Assembly: GCF_035084215.1 (NCBI RefSeq)
Contig: NC_090362.1
Location: forward strand, 5,580,001-5,644,000
Reading direction: 5' to 3'
From: Heptranchias perlo
Taxonomy: Eukaryota
Length of the DNA: 64,000 bases
A program made the position numbers and the translations under genes. Below, in pieces: positions 46,565 to 59,295 of the stretch. Numbering within the stretch: the first letter of the stretch is position 1; each line of letters begins with the position of its first letter. The notes under the pieces are model-generated. The model made no database searches. It was not told the origin of the DNA and saw only the letters and a program-made list of their open reading frames with translations.

Positions 46565-47180
46565 TCACTCAGGGATACCGGGGCTAAAAGAGTTAAATTA
46601 TGAGGACAGGTTGCACAGAGTTTAAGGGAGTTAAAGGATATGGGGACCGGGCAGGAAAGTGGAGTTGAGGTCGAAGATCAGCCATTATCTTATTGAATGG
46701 CAAAGCAGGCTCGAGGGGCCGTATGGCCTACTCCTGCTCCTATTTCTTATGTTCTTATGTAGACTAGGCTTGCATTCCCTTGAATATAGACAATTAAGGG
46801 GTGATCTAATTGAGGTGTTCAAGATGATTAAAGGAGTCAATAGGGTAGATAGAGAGAAACTATTTCCTTTGGTGGGAGAGTAGAGAACGATGGGGCATAA
46901 CCTTAAAATTAGAGCCAGGCCGTTCAGGGGTGATGTCAGGAAGCACTTCTTCACACAAAGGGGAGTGGAAATCTGGAACTCTCTCCCCCCAAAAAGCTGT
47001 TGAGGCTGGGGGTCAATTGAAAATTTCAAAACTGAGATTGATAGATTTTGGTTAGGCAAGGGTATTAAGGGTTACAGAACCAAGGTGGGTAAATGAAGCT
47101 AAGATACAGATCAGCCATGATCTAATTGAATGGCGGAACAGGCTCGAGGGGCTGAATGACCTCCTGTTCCTACGCTTCTA
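46565..47180 (+). mobile_element. CR1 LINE 3' end with a second CR1 tail nested inside
   Basis: RLGLHSLEYRQLRGDLIEVFKMIKG; two separate ggctcgagggg...gaatgg tails. Confidence 0.85.
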
Positions 47181-47407
47181 AAATTGGAGGCAGAAGCCCA
47201 AGGCCTACGATGTTCCTGAGTTGCTCCACATCATCACATGCCTCAATTTGGGTGGTGAGCATAAAGGGAGCGGGAGTCGGGTCACACACAGTGTTCTAGG
47301 CTCATTGGGTCCTCAAGTTCCATGGGGTGTCTGCTCCATATTGTGGCTTGAACAGCATTGGCCCTCCCAGTGTGCTGTGCACTCTTTGGTACTGGCGCTG
47401 AAGAGGA

Positions 47408-47570
47408 GGCTGTTAAAGGTATAACCTACACTCTTGTTAAAGGTATAACCTACAATCCTGTTAAAGGCATAACCTACACTTCTGTTAATCTACACTTCTG
47501 TTAAAGACATAACCTACACTTCTGTTAATCTACACTTCTGTTAAGGATATAAAATACACACCTTTAAAGA
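47408..47570 (+). repeat. Minisatellite, ~23-bp unit CTGTTAAAGGYATAACCTACACT
   Basis: Several tandem copies; related units resume at 48275-48332. Confidence 0.8.
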
Positions 47571-47574
47571 CTTA

Positions 47575-48274
47575 GGCCTGGAGTTTTTGCGCCCAGATCT
47601 GGACACAAACTAATTACGTGGCTTAAAAAAATCACGGTATTTTGGGCGTAAGTGAGTTACACGTGTAACTACATTACACCCAAGTCTCCTCGATCTTTTA
47701 TGGTTGTCTATCTATCCCTCCGTCTGAACGAATCTCGGCCCACAAAACTGTCCACGCTCCCAACCCTCAAATGAGAGTATCCTCCAATTGCGTTTGTTCG
47801 GAGGGTCTCTTCACATTGCGACCAGATTTTCAGGTGCAGCAGGAAAGAAAATCATTCTTATGATGATTTATAGCAATTTTATGTGCCCTTTTTAAAAATT
47901 TATCCTCACTGTATTTTCCGTTTCTTTTAATGCACTTTTATGGCATTAATATAAGTCATATTAAAATTGAAAAGCTTCCCCGATTGCAGGTCCTTAAACA
48001 TGCTGTGCCTGATGCGTACGAATGATGGTTAAATGAGTTGAAACTTAAAATTTTCATACTTAAAGAATAAATACATAGTGTGGGTTTGGGGCTTTCCTTG
48101 GGACCCGATTGCTTATGCTGATTTGTGGTGATTTACACCCATTTTAAGATCGGCTGTATTCGAAAGAGACTGGGAGGATACTTGGGTGTAACTTGACATC
48201 GGCAAAATGAACGAATATTGGGCGCATTTTCAGGTCTAACTTCCGGATTATGCCCATGGAAGGAACATCAGGCC
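47575..48274. mobile_element. Non-autonomous TIR element inserted in the minisatellite
   Basis: Ends ggcctggagtttt / ggaacatcaggcc form imperfect TIRs; minisatellite units on both sides. Confidence 0.5.
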
Positions 48275-50940
48275 ATCACCTGCACTCCCGCTAAAGGCAT
48301 CACCTGCACTCCTGTTCAATGCATAACCTACGTTACACAATAAAGGATGGGATATCTATTCAGAAGGAATATATATACGTATTTTTTTTACCAAATAAAA
48401 CTAATTTGGGGGAAACCTATGTTATATTTTCAATAATGTGGTAGATTAGTGGTGTATAAACAACAGACATCAGAATCACATGGTGCTGACTCTAGTAAAA
48501 GATTACGGGGTGCTAAATGAAACCAATTTGATGTGACCATGAACAGACTTATAGGTTGAAAGATGCGTAACTTTCAAAAGGGAATTGGATAAATACTTGA
48601 AGGGAAAATATTTACAGGGCTGTGGGGAAAGAGCTGGGGAATGGGACTAATTGGATAGCTCTTTCAAAGAGCCGGCACAGGCACGATGGGCTGAATGGCC
48701 TCCTCCTGTGCTGTACCTACGATGATAAGTGTGAGTTACAGTAGAGAGTGGCAAATGTTACAACAACCTTCATAGAGCGACAGTACCAGGAAAGAAAAGC
48801 TTTAGATATCGGTGGTATCATTTAGTTCTCAATGGTAGAGAACAACTCATTGATTGTTAGCCAACTTATCCTGTTAGTCATGTACCTTAAATTAACTCCT
48901 GGGCGGGAGCAGCTGTGCACATTATTTTCTACAGTGCTATACTCTCGCTGTCTATATTTATAGTGACATCCTTAGTTAACTATTAATGTGTTAACGTCAT
49001 CACTGAGTGGAAATCATTCTGTCTAGAGCTCAGAAGCTGAAGAAACCAGGGACCCATCAGTGCAAGGTTCCTGCACTGAACCAAGTTGAGTACAACACAT
49101 GACCCAATTTTCTCAAAACGGAAGTCGCCTCTAAGGTACTTAATGATGGAATAGGAAATCTCGTGAACTGCCAGGAGGGATTTCAAAGCGCAGTCGTGTC
49201 ACTCTCAATCTGGGAGCAAGCTGTGCACATATGGGCTTCTAAAGAAAGAGAAATCCTCATCATTAACACACAAACCTGGGGTAAAGTGATCAATCTAAAG
49301 CTGACAAATACAGGATCCCTTGATGTTTAAGGCATCAGTAATGAATTAATACTTCAAGCAAGAGATATGGTCCAGATTTTCCTCTTCACTGTCCAGACCT
49401 AAGAGCTCGTCACAAATACCATGGTGTGTTGCCAATGATTTTCCTTCCGTTTAAAATAAACGGTGGCTTTGCGGCCTAATTTGAGAAAGGCCCAACCTCC
49501 AGACACTGAAGAGGGAACTCTGAGCCTGTTCTCTTATTTGACGGAGCCAGATGTGCATTATCTAGACTAACGTCATCTGGTGAGAAATGGAAACCTGAAG
49601 AAATCTACATGACCCCAAAGCTTAAGTAATCCACATCTCCGGAACTAAACAAGGATCAGCATCACCTTCAAGGTCCCCGGATTCCCAACCTCTCTTCCCA
49701 TTACAGTTTCCAGCTGTTTCCGAGATGAGTCAAATGTTCTGGCCTCCATCGCTCTTCCTGCAGCATGTTCCAGCTGTTGACCACCCTCTGTGGGAAGAAA
49801 TACCTCCTGGCATCTGTCCTAAATCTGCTCTTCACCTGTGACCACTCGTCCTGTCTATCTGAAAGTATTGTTGCATGCCATCTTTCTCTATCCCATTAAG
49901 TGTCCCATATACCTTTGTAAGGTCCCCTCAGAGATGTTTAACTCACTTTAGGGCTGGATAGCCTCCTTTACTGGTGCATCAACACACCGCAGCCTGAAAA
50001 CTCCTGTTAATGGTATTAACGAGTGAGCACTTGACGTGTTGATAAGACATTCCTAAGCCCTCCCCCACATCCACCATCGTGAGGACAGTGGACGTGAGAA
50101 TCGGAGATGTGAGCACAGATCGTGGCCATGGCCCAGCACCCTACTCTCTCCCAATCACCCCTGGCAGTGCTCACTAGCGTCCCAGTTCAGCGCAGTTTCA
50201 CTCTGCCATACCTGACCAGTATTTTGCTTATTATTTGTTCCTGGCTGGCAAGGAGGGCATTTATTGCCCATCCTTAGTTGCCCTGAGAAGGTGGTGGTGG
50301 GCCTCCTTCTTGAACCACTGCAGCCCGTGTGCTTATGATGCTCCTGTGATGATGTTAGGGAGGGAGTTCCAGAATATTGACCCAGCAACAATGAAGGCAA
50401 GGTAATATCTTTCCAAGTCAGGATGCTCGGTGCCGTACAGGCGGTGGTGTTCCCAGTACGTTGCTGCTCCTGTCCTTCCTGGTGGTGGAGGTCGGAGGGG
50501 AGGGAGGTGCTGTTTAAGTAAGAAACTAATCGCCATAAAGTGGCTCTTTTTACATTGAAAACACCTCACCCATTTTAAAAGGAATATTACATGGTGATCA
50601 GAGAGTTACTCTAAAAAAATATATTCATGGTCATAATAATATGCAGCTTCTAAAGGAGAGAGCATTCCACCCATTCTAGTTGGAGAATAGTGACTGTCGG
50701 CAATGAGGTGTTAAAGGGAGTAGGGAGTAAGAGTTCTTCATTCCCTCATCAGCAAAATTTTGCACACAACTCATTAAATCACCCATTTTAAAATAAACAG
50801 ACAGGGAAAAATCCTGTAATTCATCACAAACTTGTTGTTCTACGGGTCAAATCAAGTGGTCCAATGTATCATTGGAAAAGAGATCCTGCAACACACAGGA
50901 ACATGACAAATAATAGACATCCGTGGGAATGGGCTCCTAC

Positions 50941-51030
50941 AGGGTTCTGATGGAAGGTCATCGAACTGAAACGTTAACTCTGCTTCTCTCGCCACAGATG
51001 CTGCCTGACCTGCTGAATGTTTTCCAGCAT
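50941..51030 (+). mobile_element. Penelope-like end with degenerate hammerhead motif (50941-50981)
   Basis: AGGGTT-CTGATGG-A-AGGTC-ATC-GAACT-GAAA-CG-TT-AACTCT; same family as 4175-4241/8328-8465. Confidence 0.65.
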
Positions 51031-52169
51031 ATATTTCCAGTTTTTAAAATTTCCTGCAAGTATCGTCTATGGAGCAGAACGGCCGAGCCTCGTCTTTAGT
51101 TCAGTGTTGGCGTGATATTTCTGCAGCGTAAAATGTTTCACTATGAGTTATGTCATTACACGTCTGGGCTGATTTTCCTCTTCATGAGCCTGGGCAGAAA
51201 TGATAGTCCGGGAGGAAGAATCACAAGGTCCATATTGGAGCCCACCATTTCAATTCCCAGATGGACGATCGGATGGTCTCTGTTGCCACCAGTGAGCCTC
51301 CCGCCCGATTGTCCTCTACGCCCACCTCCTTGGACAATCTCATGCCCAGGCCTGTAATCTGCTGTCTGTTGGCTTCTGTAAACGAATGAGGACAAAGTTC
51401 ACCAAACCCATCTCTGTGATGACAGAACTGGTTTTTAAAGATAATTTTGGACAAAAATACTCTGGTCTTTATTATAAATAATAACACATATTAATAATTT
51501 AATTTAGGAAGTACTTCAATCAGGGAAACTCGAGAGAAACTGTGTGAACTTTTCTCTCAGTTTAAATGGATATTTCTGCTAAGATCAACACACAATGAAC
51601 ACAGATCCTCCATGTTGTTTCTCTCTTTTCCACTTTGAGTTTACTTGAGACAATTAGCAGCCCACGTTGATGTGATTTTACTTCATTCCCCGAACGCACA
51701 AAGTTAGCGCTAGAACTTATTTATACTCAACCTGGGAGTAATTCCTGGCGACTAATGTCTTTTGCTCTCAAGCAGGTCAGAAGACGTGCGATTTATTGCT
51801 TTCACCGAGGGGGCTGTGCTTTGTATTAAAATCCAGCCTGCTCTTCAATCAATAAATGCAAAGCGCCACCTCCAGCCTTATTATTTGCAGCTTAAGTAAA
51901 TTTGTTAAGGGGCAGCCCAGGCCCCTAAGCCCCATCTGTACGGCTCTGACTCTCTTTTGTTGTAAAATAATTTACAGCAGCTCTGGTAGATTGATGAGTT
52001 TGATCAAGTGCCCTGATCCTGCCTGGGGGAGAAGGCAAGTCAGGAAGCTCGATCAATAATCACACTGATCCACATCCAGCCCATCGTTTACAGCCTGTGA
52101 TTTTATCCTACACTCAAAACTTATTATTGCACTCGTTTAAAAACATTGCGTCCTTTTCTTAACATGTCC

Positions 52170-52365
52170 TTTAGGGAAGGAAACCTGCCGTTCTTACCCG
52201 GTCTGGGCCTATACGTGACTCCAGTCCAACTTTTAACCACCCTCTGAAGTGGCCCAGCAAGCCACTCAGTTCAAGAACCGCAATCACCTTCTCAGGGCAA
52301 CCGGGGATGGGCAATAAATGCCGGCCTTGCCAGTGACGCCAACATCCCGAGAGTGAACGAAAGAA
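52170..52365 (+). mobile_element. SINE body with LINE-derived tail
   Basis: Shares the 3' tail (ggatgggcaataaatgccggccttgccag) with 3705-3908 but has a different body. Confidence 0.6.
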
Positions 52366-52779
52366 AAGAATTTGAACCAAAGCAGGACTGATACGTGCAA
52401 TCAGCTCCCATATTGTCTGGTGGTGATTACAGGTTGGCAGTAAAGGTGCTGCAACTGGTTCCAATTCTAAATAGAGGAAAAAGACAGCAGTCCATGGACA
52501 CCTCGGTCTGTAATACTCTCCAATGTCGCCCCACTACATCACTGGAGCTTTGAATATGAGCATTAATCGTTATCATGAGTAAAAAGGGGCCCGGAATAAT
52601 CAAAAGTTGCAGACATCTTCTTTCCACACATTTTAAGGAGACGTGGGGTTACTTTTCCCCCCTCCCCCCCCCCCCCCAGGTGTAAAGCTGGCGTTTCAGA
52701 TCGACCGCCCGTTAGAGAAAACCGGGTTTTAATTTCCACTGAAATCAGTAGAAATGTAAATCGGGTTTCTATAATTTGA

Positions 52780-53575
52780 TGTCCATACTTAAGAAAAGAC
52801 ATACTTGCTCTCAAGGCAGTACAAAGAAGGTTCACTCGGCTAATCCCGGGGATGAGGGGGTGGACATATGAGGAGAGGTTGAGTAGATTGGGACTCTACT
52901 CATTGGAGTTCAGAAGAATGAGAGGCGATCTTATTGAAACATATAAGATTGTGAAGGGGCTTGATCGGGTGGATGCAGTAAGGATGTTCCCAAGGATGGG
53001 TGAAACTAGAACTAGGGGTCATAATCTTAGAATAAGGGGCTGCTCTTTCAAAACTGAGATGAGGAGAAACTTCTTCACTCAGAGGGTAGTAGGTCTGTGG
53101 AATTTGCTGCCCCAGGAAGCTGTGGAAGCTACATCATTAAATAAATTTAAAACAGAAATAGACAATTTCCTAGAAGTAAAGGGAATTAGGGGTTATGGGG
53201 AGCGGGCAGGAAATTGGACATGAAGCTGAGTTCGGATCGGTCAAGGCCCTGTGGGTGGCGGATCGGGCCCAGGGGCTGAGTGGCCGGGTCCTGCTCCTAC
53301 TTCTTGTGTTCTTTAGATTTGAGGTTAGGATCAGATCAGCCATGATCTTATTGAATGGCGGAGCAGGCTCGAGGGGACGATTGGCCTACTCCTGCTCCTA
53401 TTTCTTATGTTCTTATGTTCTTAACGTGCAGCCGATCCACAACGCCAGTATTAAAGGGTATCAAGGGATATGGATCAAAGGCAGGTAGATGGAGCTGAGG
53501 TACACATCAGCCATGATCTAATTGAATGACGAAACAGGCTCGAGGGGCTGAATGGCCTCCTCCTGTTCCTATGTT
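52780..53575 (+). mobile_element. CR1 LINE 3' end with reiterated tails
   Basis: ORF 52852-53223 carries the CR1 ORF2 C-terminus; (ttcttatg)n tail ~53400-53420; a further tail to ~53575. Confidence 0.9.
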
Positions 53576-53899
53576 CCACAGCAGAGCCCAATCCAGTTGC
53601 ACCCAACATCTGCACTTGTGTACTTGCCTGGCTGATGTTTTTTCCCTCTGTTTGGAATTGGAACTGGTTGCAACATCTTTACTGCCAACCTGACGGAGAC
53701 AATCTCACTCAGCACAGACTCAGACCCCACTGACCTGTGCGATTTAGTAACAGACTGGGCAGGGCAGCTATTAAACCAACAGAGGAGGCACATGGTGTTT
53801 CTCTGGCCTTTCTGAGGGACCTTCTCGGCAGACACAGTTAGGCAGGATGCAGTCTGTTTCAAGGGTTTGCTGTATCTTAAAGTTCACCCCATCCTTGGA

Positions 53900-54100
53900 A
53901 ATATATCGCCGTTCCTTCATTGTCGCTGGGTCAAAATCCTGGCACTCCCTTCCTAACAGCACTGTGGGAGAACCTTCACCACACGGACTGCAGCGGTTCA
54001 AGAAGGCGGCTCACCACCACCTTCTCAAGGGCAATTAGGGATGGGCAATAAATGCAGGGCCTCGCCAGCGACGCCCACATCCCATGAACGAATGAAAAAA
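53900..54100 (+). mobile_element. LINE 3' end (same family as 3705-3908)
   Basis: Near-identical sequence with A-rich tail. Confidence 0.75.
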
Positions 54101-55554
54101 GAATCCACTGGTCCACTTATGGCTGCCTTTTAGAGGTGTAATCAGCTCGAAACCAAATCTTTGAGATGACCTAATTTCCTTAAGACTTCAAGCTTGGCTG
54201 GTAGCTTTCTGCAGTGTGTTCTACAAACTCGATTCAGTTGTAATTGTGTGAACTGCTAGTTGTACAATGCCTTTAACATAAAACGCCTTCCTGAGGTGCT
54301 TCATAGAGGTGACACCAATCAGGAAGTGGGAAAAGGGTTAGGGGAATGAATGGGTGGTCAAAGAGGTAGGTTTTGAGGAGGCTTTTGGAAGAGTAGGCCT
54401 GAGAAAGATGGCAAGGTGGAACACAGGAACAGGAGGAGGCCATTCAGCCCCTTGAGCATGTTCTGCCATTCAATTAGATCATGACTGGATCAACTCCATT
54501 TACCTGCCTTTGCTCCATATCCCTTGATACTGTTATGTAATAAAAATCTATCGATCTCAGTCTTGAAAATATCTTTTAACCCGTATCCACAGACTTTTGG
54601 GGAAGAGAATTCCAGGTTAAGGGAGAGAGTTCCGGAACATGGGGTTAAGATGGCTGGACCTCGAAACATAGAAACGCAGAAAATAGGAGCAGGAGTAGGC
54701 CACTCGGCCCTTCGAGCCTGCTCCACCATTCAATATGATCATGGCTGATCCTCTATCTCAATACCATATTCCCGCTCTCTCCCCATACCCCTTTGATGCC
54801 TTTTGTGTCTGTGAAACCGGCAGTGGACTGGTGCAAAGGCGGTCAGAGTTTGGAGAGCAGAGTGTGAGCACGGGCACACCAGGCCGGAGGAGATTGCAGA
54901 GGCAGGATGGTCAAGAGGCCACAGGAAGATCCGTAAATGAGTGAGAAGGAGGAAAATTGCAGAGGAGCGCTGAGTGAGGGAGCTGTGTGTCCCCCCAATC
55001 TGGGAGTGAAGGGAGGGCGGGGCACATAGTAGATCAGAGACAGATGATGGTGAAGAGTTGGGAAGCAGGTTGGCAAGGGACGCAATGGAGGGATTTGACA
55101 ATAAGGACCTAGTTGAGAGGGGGGAGGTTTCATTTTAACTTTTGCCCATAATGTAAGATGGGCGATATCAGATTGGCCCCCCGTTATACCACCTCACCTG
55201 ATTTTCCTTACAATTGAAAGGAAAACCAAAAGAGGGGAGTGACGGGCGACCTATCCAATATCACCCGTCTTAGTTCCATACATTACAAAACAAAGCGCCG
55301 CTGTCGCTTTAAATGTAAGGTCGCAGTTGGGTGGGTTCGGACTCTGGGAGCACGCAATGTGATTCAGAGCTGAGATCTTACACGTAACGAGCAGCAGAGT
55401 CTGAGAGGCAGCAGCTGGGAGGCTGTGTGTCTGAGGGCAGCCAGTGAACAGGGACTCCTTCACTCCGCAGAGAATCTCTCTCTCTCCCCCCCACCCCCTC
55501 CCCACCACCACCTTCAGCAGCAGCACCTTGGATCAGTGAGAAAACTCGCACAAA

Positions 55555-56150
55555 ATGCCCAACTTTGCCGGCACTTGGAAGATGAGGAGCAGTGAGAATT
55601 TTGACGAGCTGTTAAAAGTACTGGGTAAGACTGTGTTCTGTTTTTACCATGTCCTGTTCCATGTTTATTGTTGCCTTTCTGCTGAGCTGAACAGCACAGA
55701 TGCAGGGAGCTGGCAGTTGTCATCAGGCTGAATCTTGGCATCCAGTCTGTGCTGCGAGCTGGTTATTGTTGGTACCTAATTATGTTCAGTTCTTGGTGGC
55801 TCCCCCACCCCTTTGGACATTTTGTGCGAGCCTGAAGACAACTGCCAGCTCCCTGCATCTGTGACATCCCAGTGTAAGTCATTCCCAGTGTGTTTCTTGA
55901 AATTCTTGCTCTCTGCCCGTGATCTGACTCACTCACTCACTCTCTGAATGTCTCTCTGTCCTCCCGTCCAGGGGTCAACGCAATGCTGAGGAAAGTGGCG
56001 GTGGCTGCAGCATCTAAACCCCTGGTGGAGATCAGGCAGGACGGCAACCAATTTTACATCAAGACGGCCACCACAGTGAGGACCACCGAGATCAACTTTA
56101 AGATAGGAGAGGAGTTCGAAGAGGAGACGGTGGACGGGAGAAAATGCAAG
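55555..56150 (+). CDS. CRABP1: Cellular retinoic acid-binding protein 1, coding exons 1-2 (remaining exons not found in the window)
   Basis: Exon 55555-55624 [23 protein letters not shown](G), donor gtaaga; exon 55972-56150 [59 protein letters not shown], donor gtgaca; synteny with WDR61. Confidence 0.95.
55695..55863. repeat. 35-bp inverted repeat in CRABP1 intron 1
   Basis: 55695-55729 versus reverse complement of 55829-55863: 34/35 identical, 99-nt spacer. Confidence 0.9.
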
Positions 56151-56929
56151 GTGACAAGAGAATTTACAGCCTGCCAGGAATTCAAAGCGGGGTGGTTTTT
56201 TAAATAATAATTCATTTTAAAAAATGAAAGATGCAATAATTTGAATTAAACCACATAAATAAGACAGCAAAGTGGGAATTTACAGCTGATAGTTGAATTA
56301 TCAGATAATTTGACTTTGAATTAAGGGGATTAGACTATATATTGAAGTGGGTTAGTCGTTTCTTGGACAAAAGAAAACAGGATTTTCAGAATAAAATAAC
56401 AGGCAGTGAGGAGGATGCGGGGGTATTGTTAACACAGTAAAGAAGGAAAGAAAAGGGAGATATCAGATAGTAAGGGATGAGGAGACAAGCTACAGTGAGA
56501 CACAGAATGCATCACTTAACAGATCACAAATAGACTGGGTGGCTCCCTGTGGTGACTGTAATAGTGAAGAGTGAGGAATTCATTATTAGCTGGCACATTA
56601 CTCGGCCGTTTACTTTAAATTAAGTGAATGATGCTGAATACAGCTCACTTCCCAGTAACGTCGGAGCAGCTCCTGACCTAACAGCGTTTAAATATTCGAG
56701 CTGATCTCCTGTGGCTCAGGGGAAAATGGGGAAAAGCAATGTTTCTCTCTCTCCTGCCATTTCATTCTTTATCTCTCCTGCGCTCTGTACGGCTGTCACA
56801 CACTTGGTCGCTTGTAGTTGAGGTGTTGACGCTGTTTCAGTCGCAGAGGGTGGATGAAGCTAACATTATAAAGTACTGGTTGATGATTTGAATGAACAAC
56901 ACTGGTTTGATAGAAAGAGAGAGAGAGAG

Positions 56930-57326
56930 AAAGAAAGGCTTGCATTTGTATAGCACCTTGCACGTCCCAAAGTGCTTCACAGGCAATGAAGTACTTTTGC
57001 AATGTAGTCACTGTTATAATGTAGAAAGCGGGCAGCCTATTTACGCACAGCAAGATCCCACAAACAGCAATGAGATAATGACCAGATAATCTGTTTTAGG
57101 TATTTGAGGGATAAATATTGGCCAGGACACGGGGGAGAGTTCTCTGCTCATCTTCAAAGAGTGCCGTGGGATCTTTTACATCTACCTGAGAGGGCAGACG
57201 GGGCCTCGGTTTAATGTTTCATCCAAAAGACGGCACCTCCGACAGTGCAGCACTCCCTCAGTACTGCACTGAGAGTGTCAGCCTAGATTATGGGCTCAAC
57301 TCCCTAGAATGGGACCTGAACCCACA
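56930..57326 (-). mobile_element. Deu-domain SINE (tRNA head truncated)
   Basis: Homologous to 17713-18165. Confidence 0.8.
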
Positions 57327-57894
57327 ACAGAGGCGACACTTCAGCTTTGGGTTGTATCATTTGGCGGGAGAGGAGGCGGGGGGGGAAGCATTCAGTTGTG
57401 TTGGGAAGATTTTGCGCACAGCAGTTGGTGAGGGGGGTGGGGAGCAGGTGGGAGTGTGCTGGCTGGGGGGAGAAGCATAGGCTATAGTCAAACCCCTTGT
57501 GTCAGGTCGGGTGTCTCAGGCTGAGGTCACTGGATGACAGGAATAGTGTTAACAGAAACAATGAGACGTCTTTACCAGAGAGCTGAGACCAATGCAGTGA
57601 CGCTACCAGAACCAATAAGAAAGGGTTTTCATGATCACACGACTAATCAGATTGCACAAAATGGACAGACAGACACAGACGGACATCAAATAGACACATT
57701 TTTTTAGAAATGTAGATTAATGAGGATGGACAATGATGGAGGAGCAAGGCTGAGAATATTACTTCTAACAGGTTTACTGAGAGAAAGGAGAACACAAGTT
57801 TCAATTAAATCTTTCTTTGCTTTAACAGTGGAAAGTGTTCAACTTCAACCTGCCAATCCTTGATTTCAATATCACCAAATATTTCTGTGAAATG

Positions 57895-58225
57895 TTTCTT
57901 TCAAAAAATATACTTTATTCATAAAATTTGCAACAATACATATAATACAGTTCTCATATCCCATTTCAAATGTACACAATACAGATTATACATTTTGCAA
58001 GATACATAAGGTACAATTCAAATATAATTCCAACAATACAGATGCACATCGTACATAATTACAGTTCATGACACTCTAAGGTGCCTCCTTGCAATACAAT
58101 CAATACAGCTTATTGATTACAGGTACGTTACAGGTTCATTACATAAATTTGTATTTTACATTCTGCCCGAGGGGGTTTTTCCCTGATTGCAACCCCTCGG
58201 TATACTATGGCAGGAAGGCTCTAAA
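57895..58225 (-). mobile_element. 5'-truncated non-LTR retrotransposon 3' UTR (possibly L1/Tx1-like) with 10-bp TSD
   Basis: ctgtgaaatg at 57885-57894 and 58226-58235; minus strand ends AATAAAgtatattttttgaaagaaa. Confidence 0.7.
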
Positions 58226-58391
58226 CTGTGAAATGCCACTTTCATCGATGTACGGTAACAGATAGACTGTTGAAGATATAGAGTACAGCTCCACTCACAG
58301 ACTGTGGCGACTCACCCTCTTAACACTTGTTGCGACTTTACTAAAGAACTTGAGATAAGACAAGGGCGGCAGTGATTGTTTTTTGGTGCTT

Positions 58392-59295
58392 AGAATCATA
58401 GAATCATACAGTGCAGAAGGAGGCCATTTGGCCCTTCGTGCCTGTGCTGGCTCTTTGGAAGAGCTATCCAATTAGTCCCACTCCTCTGCTCTTTCTCCAT
58501 AGCCCTGCAAATGTTTCCATTTCAATTATTTATCCAATTCCCTTTTGAAAGTTATTATTGAATCTGCAGTAACAATCGTGACAAACAATTTTTTAGGGGG
58601 GGGTTCTTTGTGAATTCCAGATCATCACAACTCGCTGCGTAAAAAAAATTCTCCTCATCTGCCCCCTGGCTTTTTTACTAATTATCTTAAATCTGTGTCC
58701 TCTGGTTACCGACCCTTCTGCCACTGGAAACAGTTTCTCCTTATTTACTATATCAAAACCCTTCATTATTTTGATCATCTCTATTAAATCTCCCCGTAAC
58801 CTTCTCTGCTCTAAAGAGAACAATCCCAGCTTCTCCAATCTTTCCACATAACTGAAGTCCCTCAACCCTGGTACCATTCTCGTAAATCTCTTCTGCACCC
58901 TCTCCAAGCCCATGACATCTTTCCTAAAGTGTGGTGCCCAGAATTGAACACAATACTATAGCTGAGGTCTAACCAGTGTTTTATAAAGGTTTTCCGTAAC
59001 TTCCTTGCTTTTGTACTCTATGCCTCTATTTATAAAGCCCAGGATCCCATATGCTTTTTAACAGCATTCTCAACTTGTCCTGCCACCTTCAAAGATTTGT
59101 GTATATGAGCCCCCAGGTCTCTCTGCTCCTGCACCCCCTTTAAAATTGTACCATTAGTTTATATTGCCTCTCCTCATTTTTCCTTCCAAACTGTATCACT
59201 TCACACTTCTCTGCATTAAATTTCATCTGCCGTGTGTCTGCCCATTTCACTAGTCTGTCTGTGTCCCCCTGAAGTCTGTTACTATCCTCCTCGCT
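58392..59295 (-). mobile_element. CR1 LINE 3' fragment
   Basis: ORF 58593-58913 carries the CR1 signature; tail tagaatcatagaatcatacag. Confidence 0.9.

Noticed and set aside
55250-55554. Retinoic acid response element in the CRABP1 proximal promoter
   Set aside because: No canonical RGKTCA direct repeat (DR1/DR2/DR5) could be identified.
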